Shown here piece by piece: positions 56,971 to 64,000 of a DNA stretch of 64,000 bases (the first letter of the stretch is position 1; each line of letters starts with the position of its first letter). Below the pieces are notes generated by a model. It did no database searches. It was not told the DNA's origin and saw only the letters and a program-made list of their open reading frames with translations. Origin of the DNA: Gammaproteobacteria bacterium (GTDB taxonomy: Bacteria > Pseudomonadota > Gammaproteobacteria > Ga0077536); assembly GCA_963662545.2 (NCBI GenBank), contig CAXXLL010000003.1:288001-352000 (forward strand). Reading direction: 5' to 3'. The translations under genes and the position numbers were made by a program.

Positions 56971-57552
56971 ATGACTAATGATCTGTTCACAAATGACGGA
57001 AACCGCAAATATCTGAATGCCGATGAATTGGAGAATTTCATTGCTCAAGCGATTGCACAGCCCCGCGCCGAGGTGCGGACGTTCTGCCTTGTGTTAGCGC
57101 ATACAGGTTGCCGGATATCTGAGGCGTTGGAATTGACCGCCAAGAGCGTCGACGTGACAGAGGGCGCAATCAAGTTTCGGACGCTCAAGCAACGCAAGAA
57201 GATCAAATATCGCTCTGTTCCTGTCCCTGACAGCACGCTGGATGCCCTCGAATTGGTTCACGGCATCCGTAAGGCTCAGAAATCGCGTAAACGCCCCTCA
57301 CGGCTCTGGCAGTGGGGCAGGACGCAAGCCTATAACCATGTCAAAGCCGTTATGGATGCAGCCGAAGTGCAGGGGGCACAGGCCAGCCCGAAGGGTTTAC
57401 GGCATGGTTTCGGCGTGAGAGCCACCCAAAGCACCCGAAATCCGCGCCTTGTTCAAAAATGGCTGGGGCATACGACCTTAGAAATGACAACGATTTATAT
57501 GGATGTTATCGGGGATGAGGAACGGGATGCAGTGCGGGAAATGTGGTCGTGA
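56971..57552 (+). CDS. Tyrosine recombinase (catalytic domain only, resolvase-like)
   Basis: TGCRISE, TLKQR, KGLRHGFG, WLGH..TTIY. Confidence 0.9.
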   Translation: MTNDLFTNDGNRKYLNADELENFIAQAIAQPRAEVRTFCLVLAHTGCRISEALELTAKSVDVTEGAIKFRTLKQRKKIKYRSVPVPDSTLDALELVHGIRKAQKSRKRPSRLWQWGRTQAYNHVKAVMDAAEVQGAQASPKGLRHGFGVRATQSTRNPRLVQKWLGHTTLEMTTIYMDVIGDEERDAVREMWS

Positions 57553-57589
57553 GTGATCCAGAACCGAAATTGAAAAGTGAGCCTCGATA

Positions 57590-57832
57590 ATGGATATCAC
57601 TGGAGGCAAAGAAGAAGAAGTGCCGATTGAGCAGCAGCTTGAAGCACTGGAAGACGAACGCAAAGAGATTGACGAAGCCCACGATAGCGGCAGCATTTCC
57701 ACGCAGGAATACAAAAAGCTGATCTCGAAAAACAAGTTTCAGAGAGCGCAGATTATCGAGAAAAACGAGCAAACCTTGCAGCGACAGCAGCAACAAACTT
57801 TTGAGCGAACCCGCGACCGCTTCAATGATTGA
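57590..57832 (+). CDS. Hypothetical charged helical protein
   Basis: 80-aa ORF in a run of closely spaced genes. Confidence 0.5.
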   Translation: MDITGGKEEEVPIEQQLEALEDERKEIDEAHDSGSISTQEYKKLISKNKFQRAQIIEKNEQTLQRQQQQTFERTRDRFND

Positions 57833-58214
57833 GAGTAAGCCAAAGACCAATACTCGACCCGCCGCATTACGCAAAACGGGGGCAGCCGCGTACTTTGAAT
57901 ATCTTGTTATGGGTGTGCTTGCCCTTATTTATTATTGGGCGTTCAGTCATGAAAATATTGTCAGGGTGTTTCGTGGCTTCGAGTGGACGGGCAATGACCT
58001 GTTTTCTGGCCATGCTGCGATGTATGCCGCCGTGCTTTTCGCTTCCCTGTATCTTTTCACCATGCCGCGCTTTGGGCTGATCTCTTTGCCGCGCTGGTTT
58101 AACCCGACTTGCAAATATCTATCCGTTTTCTGCATCGAACGTCTGTGCTGCCGCCGGAAGGGTACCTACTGTGACGAGCAGCATCGCAGCAGCAGCGAAG
58201 AGTTGCGTCGTTAA
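57825..58214 (+). CDS. Hypothetical membrane protein
   Basis: Two TM segments; overlaps the upstream ORF. Confidence 0.5.
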   Translation: MIESKPKTNTRPAALRKTGAAAYFEYLVMGVLALIYYWAFSHENIVRVFRGFEWTGNDLFSGHAAMYAAVLFASLYLFTMPRFGLISLPRWFNPTCKYLSVFCIERLCCRRKGTYCDEQHRSSSEELRR

Positions 58215-58225
58215 CATTGTCCTCG

Positions 58226-58771
58226 TCATGATGATTCCTCAGTAGAGCGGCTTTGCCCGGTGTGTGCGCTCAGGCGGGGCCGCCTTGGATGCACGCGGCG
58301 AGCTCGTCGACGCTGGTTCTGCGACTCAATTGAGGCGAGATCGTGATGGAATTTTTCTCTGACGCGGTCAAGGTGCGCCAGATTCCCCTCAAATTCCAAC
58401 AGCCTGTCAGTGATCTGCTCATCGCTGAGTTTCTGCGGATCGTTATCCAGCACGCTCCGGGCTGCCTGTTGCATCGGGCCGATCGCTGTTTGCTTCTTTT
58501 CCACCTCATCTACGTACAATTTGAGACGGCTGCTGCCGCCCTGCCCGGCAAACATGAACAAGGTCTGGTAGCCCATTTCCAGTTCATTGCTGAGGTCGTC
58601 GATGTGGATGGTTGCCGCCACCACCTTGTTGGCGAGTAGCGAGACTTCTCGGACCTGCCGCACTCGGTCAGACTTAGCGACATTCCGATTGGCTTGATAG
58701 GCAATGGCGGCCGATACGAACGCCGCGAGTGCACTGAACGGTCCCACCAGGTCGGAGAAGTCAAAGTCCAT
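58226..58771 (-). CDS. Hypothetical protein with N-terminal TM anchor
   Basis: 181 aa, downstream of the par genes. Confidence 0.6.
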   Translation of the reverse strand: MDFDFSDLVGPFSALAAFVSAAIAYQANRNVAKSDRVRQVREVSLLANKVVAATIHIDDLSNELEMGYQTLFMFAGQGGSSRLKLYVDEVEKKQTAIGPMQQAARSVLDNDPQKLSDEQITDRLLEFEGNLAHLDRVREKFHHDLASIESQNQRRRARRVHPRRPRLSAHTGQSRSTEESS

Positions 58772-58816
58772 GGCACCGGTGTCCTGTCATGAACAAACCC
58801 TCAAATATGGGTTTGT

Positions 58817-59122
58817 TCATTTGTGGGTAATACCCGCCTCTTTCTCGAGTTCCTCGGTGCGGGCCGCAATGAAGGTCTGCATCTCGTTAACCATCTTGCG
58901 ACTCGTGGCGCTGCAGGCGGTCTTAAAACGCGTGTGCAGGCTTTGCGGCAGGTCCAAGCTCAGACGCTTAGTAGGCTCGGTCTTCGTCTTCGCGGCAGTT
59001 GGCGTGCCCGCTCGCTGACTGGGCTTGTCGTGACCGGTGCCGCCGCGCTCGAACGCGGCGATCTGATCGTCGGTCGGCTGCTTAGCCGGTTTGGGTGCGG
59101 TTGCGAAGTTCTTCTGTGCCAT
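58817..59122 (-). CDS. ParG-like ribbon-helix-helix partition protein
   Basis: KRLSLDLPQSLHTRFKTAC; overlaps parA. Confidence 0.78.
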   Translation of the reverse strand: MAQKNFATAPKPAKQPTDDQIAAFERGGTGHDKPSQRAGTPTAAKTKTEPTKRLSLDLPQSLHTRFKTACSATSRKMVNEMQTFIAARTEELEKEAGITHK

Positions 59123-59738
59123 GGCTGAGGATTTCTTTGGTTAGGGATTGAATTTCGTGAGCGGCCGGGCTCTTTGGCGCCCACTCGAAAATGCTCTGAC
59201 CCATAGTCAGACTTTCCGCGAAGGGCACGCGATTCTCGACCTCGGCCGTGAGGATCGGGATACCGCCTTCGGCGGCCATCTCGCGAATCTGCCGGCCAAT
59301 CACCGTATTCCGAATTTTGCGGGAAACCACAAACCCACATTTGAGGGTTTCTTTGTACTCCTGAGCTTCCTGGACCTGTTTGACGGTTAAGTCTGATGCC
59401 CAAGTCGATAGACCCGAGGGCTCGATCGGTAACGCCACGAAATCGGAAGCGATGATGCAGGAACGGGCTATTTCTTCGGCGTGTGGTGGGCCATCGATCA
59501 CGGTGAACTCGAAATCGGCGGCGAGCTTCAAGGCGTCGCGCGCCATGTTCTCACGTGCCAGGCTCACGACCTGAAAGGGCGCATCCTCGCGAAGACTCGC
59601 CCAGGTGCTCGTTGAGCCTTGCTTGTCAGCATCGATGAGCAGGACTTTGTGGCCCCGGTTGGCGAGGTCTGCGGCCACATTGATGGAGAGGGTGGTTTTG
59701 CCAACGCCGCCTTTTTGATTCAGGAACGCGATAATCAT
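59082..59738 (-). CDS. parA: Plasmid partition ATPase ParA (type Ib)
   Basis: NQKGGVGKTT, IDADKQGS, IDGPP; no N-terminal HTH. Confidence 0.92.
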   Translation of the reverse strand: MIIAFLNQKGGVGKTTLSINVAADLANRGHKVLLIDADKQGSTSTWASLREDAPFQVVSLARENMARDALKLAADFEFTVIDGPPHAEEIARSCIIASDFVALPIEPSGLSTWASDLTVKQVQEAQEYKETLKCGFVVSRKIRNTVIGRQIREMAAEGGIPILTAEVENRVPFAESLTMGQSIFEWAPKSPAAHEIQSLTKEILSHGTEELRNRTQTG

Positions 59739-59758
59739 GGCGCGTACATTAGCTCATT

Positions 59759-59808
59759 TGTGGGAATGTGGGAATGTGTGAATGTGGGTTTGGGGGTAAC
59801 CACATTCT
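59759..59808. repeat. Centromere-like 8-bp tandem repeats upstream of parA
   Basis: TGTGGGAA TGTGGGAA TGTGTGAA TGTGGGTT TGGGGGTA then inverted CCACATT. Confidence 0.7.
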
Positions 59809-59874
59809 AGGATATCGCGCACACCGCATTATATACTTTACGTACAGCGTACAAGTGTGCTAGGGTCAGTGTCC

Positions 59875-60153
59875 ATGATTCGAAGCTTTGGCGACCGTAA
59901 CACCGAACGCTTTTTTGGAGGCCAACGGGTTCGCGCCTTTCAAGGCTTTGCGAATCAGGCAGCGCGCCGATTGACCGTTTTAGACAGTGCAGAATCGCTG
60001 CAAGACCTGGCCGGGTTGCCGAGTAATCGATTAGAGCGGTTATCCGGCGATAGGGCACGGCAGCACAGCATTCGGATCAATCAACAGTGGCGCATTTGTT
60101 TTTGTTGGAAAGAGGATGGTCCTTACGATGTCGAGATCGTGGACTATCACTGA
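59875..60153 (+). CDS. higB: HigB (RelE-like) toxin
   Basis: MIRSF, PSNRLERL.GDR..HSIRINQQWRICF, VEIVDYH. Confidence 0.93.
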   Translation: MIRSFGDRNTERFFGGQRVRAFQGFANQAARRLTVLDSAESLQDLAGLPSNRLERLSGDRARQHSIRINQQWRICFCWKEDGPYDVEIVDYH

Positions 60154-60167
60154 ATGAGGTTTAGGAC

Positions 60168-60479
60168 ATGAGTTTTAAAAATGGTATGCGGCCGGTACAT
60201 CCCGGCGAAGTGTTGCGTGAGGAGCTCGAGGAGCTCGGCTTGTCGGCCAATGCAATGGCGCAAGCATTAGACGTGCCCGCGAATCGTGTCTCGGCCATTT
60301 TGAAAGGGCAGCGTGGCGTCACGGCCGACACGGCACTACGGCTCTCGCGGTTCTTCGGAACCACACCGCAAGTGTGGATGAACCTGCAGAAAACTTACGA
60401 ATTGCGTGTGGCTGAAAACGAGTCCGGCAAGGTGATCGCGAAAAAGGTGAAGCCTTGGGCGGCGGCAGCGAGTGCATGA
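60168..60479 (+). CDS. higA: HigA antitoxin (Xre HTH)
   Basis: HPGEVLREE, TADTALRL..FGTT...WMNLQ. Confidence 0.93.
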   Translation: MSFKNGMRPVHPGEVLREELEELGLSANAMAQALDVPANRVSAILKGQRGVTADTALRLSRFFGTTPQVWMNLQKTYELRVAENESGKVIAKKVKPWAAAASA

Positions 60480-60697
60480 TCCAACTTGGCAAGAAAACCA
60501 AACTGACCACGGACGTGGAGAAAGCGTTTGTAGAACTCGGAGGAGGGGACCCGAATAAAACACTCGCGGAAAATGAGTTGCGTGTGGCGTTGCCGAAAGC
60601 CATCGACATCGTCGCCGAGCATCGGCCGAGTATTCTGCGAAAAATTTACGATCGATACGTGGCTGCCGGCGAGCTCCCGCCAATCGAGAAGTTATGA
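60476..60697 (+). CDS. Hypothetical protein
   Basis: ATGA overlaps with higA and with the next ORF. Confidence 0.55.
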   Translation: MIQLGKKTKLTTDVEKAFVELGGGDPNKTLAENELRVALPKAIDIVAEHRPSILRKIYDRYVAAGELPPIEKL

Positions 60698-60882
60698 CGC
60701 CTGACTTCGACAACATTAACGCAGCCGATCTCAGCGACGACGATCGCCTAAAGGCGCTGTATCTCGAAGCAGTGCGCCGTAAGTTCTGGCCGAATAACGT
60801 ACGCGCGGTTTTGGAGTTCTTTTGCTTTGCGGAAAAGGCGCTGCACGACGACAAACAGGGCACGCCGGGTAAGCTCTTTTAG
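60694..60882 (+). pseudogene. Hypothetical gene probably truncated by IS6
   Basis: Stop TAG is completed by the first base of the IS. Confidence 0.55.
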
Positions 60883-61539
60883 GTTCTGTCAGGTTGGCGC
60901 CGGATCGCGGACAATTAACGCATGACAGAAGCTCCTAATTATCGCGGATATCGATTTCCGCCTGAAATCATCGCGCGGTCGGTGTGGTTGTACCCTCGTT
61001 TTACGCTCAGCTTTCGCGATATCGAAGACCTTTTAGCCGAGCGCGGCGTGACGGTTTCGTATGAAACTATCCGCCAGTGGTGTCTGACGTTTGGACCCGA
61101 TTACGCTCGCCGAATTAGGAAACATCAGGGGCCTTGCGGCGACTGTTGGTTTCTCGATGAGGTCGTCGTCTCAATTCAAGGAAAGCGTCGTTACCTTTGG
61201 CGAGCCGTGGACCAAGACGGCGATCTGATTGAGATCCTCGTACAAAAACGCAAGGATACTAAAGCCGCTAAGCGCTTCTTTCGAAAGGCGCTACGCTCAC
61301 AAACAGCCGTTCCTATCGAGATAACAACCCATAAGCTCCGTAGTTACGCCTCAGCCAAACGCGAGGTAATGCCGTCCGTGCCACACTGCCAAGATCACTA
61401 TGCGAATAACCGCGCGGAAGTTTCACACGAGCCGACGCGGGAACAAGAAAGGCAGATGCGCGGGTTTCGATCGGACGGACACGCGCAGCGCTTTCTAAGC
61501 GTCCACGGTCAAGTCAACAATCTGTTTCGCCTCGGTCGT
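60882..61539 (+). mobile_element. IS6 copy 2, 3'-truncated, with a D-to-H change in the transposase
   Basis: Matches 53311 onward apart from GAT>CAT at 61330; homology stops at 61539. Confidence 0.92.
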
Positions 61540-62735
61540 GTGGGTAGCGAATTCCTATTCATGCGGCGATGGGAGTCTGAAAAAGTCCATTGCAGTGTGA
61601 TATCCATGAATAGTTACGGAGATTTGCGCGTCGAGGCTGGGGATCACCGCTAGCCATTCCCGGTGTATCTCCGCCTAGCGAATGATGAACCCGCTCGCGG
61701 TTGTAGTACTGCCTGAAGTCGACGAGTTTTCGCTCAAGATCCTGAGTGTTCCAGAAGAAGATGTGGTCAAGGTATTCGCGACGGATCGTCCCGATCAGTC
61801 GCTCAACGAAGGGATGCGATTGCGGCGTATACGGGACGGTCTTAATCTCGTCGACCCCAAGAATTTGTAAATTGGCTTGCCATCGGTGATACAGGAATAG
61901 CGGGTCATTGTCAGAACTGAGATAGTGCGGAACACCCTGGGTAGAAATGGCTGTATTGAACATGCGGCACAGGGCGAACCCATCGACATCGCCGGCTTGC
62001 ACACCGAAGCCGATGATGCGACGGGTGAACTGGTCCATCACCACGAGCACCCAGTGGCTGTTCAGCAGAATAGATTCACACCGAAACAGATCAATGCTCC
62101 AGAGGCTGTCCTTGGTGTTTCCGAGGAAGGTCAACCAGGATGGCCCACCGTCGTTGGGCATTGGGCGGTAGTATTTGGCGAGGACACGCCTTACAAGGTC
62201 CTTGTCGATATCGATCCCGAACGTGTTGGCGATCTGCTGGGCGATCCGGCGGCAGCCAAAGCGCGGGTTACGTTGTTTCAGTTCAACGATAGCTTGGATG
62301 AGTTCCGGTGATGGGCCCTTGGGACCTGGCTTTCCTTTTCTGCCCGATGAAAACAGGAGTCGATACTTTCGCTTCTTGAGGATGTCGTGAAATTTCAGAA
62401 GTGTCGATGGTCTGATAATCACGGCAGCCCGCTGAATACGGCGTGGACTGAGAAACAATGACCAGAAGCCGACCAAGAATCGATCAAATACCGAGAGATT
62501 GGGTGCGCGTCGCCGAGAACGATTGATGACCAGGAGTTGCTGCTTCATGAGGAGGCTGTCGGCGACGACGGCCTTCGCACCACCGGGTCCCAGGAGTTTG
62601 GCGATGGTAGTAAATAAATGTGCGACGAGTACTAACAGGTCCTTCATGGCCAGGGAGGTTAGGAAAGGTTGGCGTCAGGAACAAGACTGTCTCAGTTATC
62701 GTTTTCAGGTGAAAATTACGAATTCGCCACAGACG
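61540..62735 (-). mobile_element. IS carrying an integrase-core (IS3/IS481-like) transposase
   Basis: Imperfect inverted repeats GTAGCGAATTCCTATT / ATTACGAATTCGCCAC; ends approximate; no target duplication. Confidence 0.75.
61559..62647 (-). CDS. Integrase core domain DDE transposase
   Basis: NPRFGCRRI, WSIDLF, SSDND, VERLIGTIRRE, YYN.ERVH.SL. Confidence 0.9.
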   Translation of the reverse strand: MKDLLVLVAHLFTTIAKLLGPGGAKAVVADSLLMKQQLLVINRSRRRAPNLSVFDRFLVGFWSLFLSPRRIQRAAVIIRPSTLLKFHDILKKRKYRLLFSSGRKGKPGPKGPSPELIQAIVELKQRNPRFGCRRIAQQIANTFGIDIDKDLVRRVLAKYYRPMPNDGGPSWLTFLGNTKDSLWSIDLFRCESILLNSHWVLVVMDQFTRRIIGFGVQAGDVDGFALCRMFNTAISTQGVPHYLSSDNDPLFLYHRWQANLQILGVDEIKTVPYTPQSHPFVERLIGTIRREYLDHIFFWNTQDLERKLVDFRQYYNRERVHHSLGGDTPGMASGDPQPRRANLRNYSWISHCNGLFQTPIAA

Positions 62736-63164
62736 GTCCAGTGACCACTCCGCCGGCGGTGATGCAAGGATGTCGCGCAGGTTACAGATTTTGTCGGCCA
62801 GTTTGACGAGTTTTGCACGCTCGGAGGACTTCGATGCTTTTTGCACCTGCAGTCGCTTTCGGGTGTTCTTGTTCAGCCACTTCGAGTCAGTCACTTCAAG
62901 AACGATATCGGCAATTTCTTCGCCGAACTCGCCTCGCAGCTCTTGCCAGGTCGTCTGCGTATCTTCGATTGTGTCGTGCAGAAGCGCTGCCGCCAGCACG
63001 ACCACGTCGTCAACATCACCCTCGGTCCGCAAGACGGTGGCAAGTGCGATCGGGTGGTTGATGTAGGGAGAAGCCTCGGCATTCTTGCGACGCTGATCAC
63101 GATGCTTCCAAGCCGCGAATTCCAGCGCTCTTAATGTCAGGACCAGAGGATCGGTCTTTTCCAT
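62736..63164 (-). pseudogene. HD-domain hydrolase (Mesh1/SpoT-HD-like), C-terminus replaced by IS sequence
   Basis: H..QRRK..PYINHP, AALLHDTIEDT, KLADK..NLRD; frame continues into the IS to 62484. Confidence 0.82.
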
Positions 63165-63895
63165 AATCTGAGCGGCGAATTATTGCCACGATGAATTCTC
63201 GCGAGACCGAGGTGATCGGCCACCCGATTCCAGAGATCAGCCGCAATCGAGCGCTCTGCTTTTACCAAAGATCGATCACGCAAATATTCCAGTGGACACC
63301 AACGACCGTCCCGTTCCTGATAGAAAATTCTTCGATAAATATTACCCGTGTGGGAGATACGCCAAGGCTCAAAGACTTCGGAAAGTTTGGTGAAAGCATG
63401 ATTGGGGCTCGAGAGCGGCTCTTTCGAGATAACTTCGGGGACTATGATTTGGCTGGTTCGCAGGCCCTTTGCTTCGAGCCCTCGTATTACCAGCCACACG
63501 CCGCCTTCGGTTCGCCCGCTCTCGATTTGTGCCGGCGATGGAGGACCCACATGAATCGTTGCAAATCGAGTTGTCCCCGGTTCGAGTCGCCCCCAATCGG
63601 CGACTTCTTTGAACTTCAATTCCTGAAGTAACGTTTCATATTCGCCAGCCAGATCACCGCGGATGCTCAGCGCCACCTTCAGTATTTTGCCTTGACAAAA
63701 AATTTTCTCCTCGTGAATCGCGGAGAGAGTTTTGAGAAAGTCCTTGTCGACAATGGCATAGTCTTCCAGGAGAAGATCGCCTATTGCCCCTTCTTTCGCG
63801 GGCACCGCTCCACCGTAGAAAAACTCCCACCGACCATCCACGAATTTAACGGGTATTCGGAAGGTGGGTCGCTTTTCTAACATCCGATCCGTCAT
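63137..63895 (-). CDS. Hypothetical protein
   Basis: 252-aa ORF with GAGG RBS and lower GC; overlaps the HD gene start. Confidence 0.7.
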   Translation of the reverse strand: MTDRMLEKRPTFRIPVKFVDGRWEFFYGGAVPAKEGAIGDLLLEDYAIVDKDFLKTLSAIHEEKIFCQGKILKVALSIRGDLAGEYETLLQELKFKEVADWGRLEPGTTRFATIHVGPPSPAQIESGRTEGGVWLVIRGLEAKGLRTSQIIVPEVISKEPLSSPNHAFTKLSEVFEPWRISHTGNIYRRIFYQERDGRWCPLEYLRDRSLVKAERSIAADLWNRVADHLGLARIHRGNNSPLRLWKRPILWS

Positions 63896-64000
63896 GTTTT
63901 CCTCGTTTTCGTTGACCGTGAGGCGTTAACCCAAAACATCGTTCGGGTTCGCGGGTGGCTCGATGAGTTCACCCCTTCTTCGCGAAAAGCTCCGACTGCT

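Noticed and set aside
54109-60881. 8-bp target duplication at the inner IS6 flanks (CTTTTTCA vs CTCTTTTA)
   Set aside because: Only 6/8 match in T-rich sequence although the IS copies are nearly identical
1-64000. CRISPR array, tRNA, rRNA, integron attC array, and long antisense ORFs such as 42322-43335 and 25035-25889
   Set aside because: No regularly spaced repeat-spacer series or RNA gene signatures seen; the extra ORFs shadow well-supported genes in GC-rich DNA

Overview
GC-rich bacterial window, most likely gammaproteobacterial (inferred from gene content). Positions 1-53310 look chromosomal. They carry a complete ccmA-I cytochrome c maturation operon, an Anbu protease gene facing an ATP-grasp/alpha-E pair, coxG/S/M without coxL, a halogenase/P450/Baeyer-Villiger monooxygenase stretch, paaABCDE-paaX, a MacB-type ABC exporter, greB, many oxidoreductases and transporters, a SAM-II riboswitch with terminator ahead of a trans-sulfuration enzyme, and a PQQ/haem dehydrogenase. 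The intergenic DNA holds two MITE families with 4-bp target duplications and a GTAG-type REP family. Solo MITE ends supply the ccmG start codon and the halogenase C-terminus. From 53311 the window is mobile DNA: two same-orientation IS6 copies enclose a plasmid-like remnant (structured non-coding DNA, a merB-like gene between 32-bp direct repeats, a tyrosine recombinase, parA/parG-like genes with centromere-like repeats, higBA). An integrase-core IS then truncates both the second IS6 and a Mesh1-like HD hydrolase. All calls come from reading motifs by eye; no searches were run.
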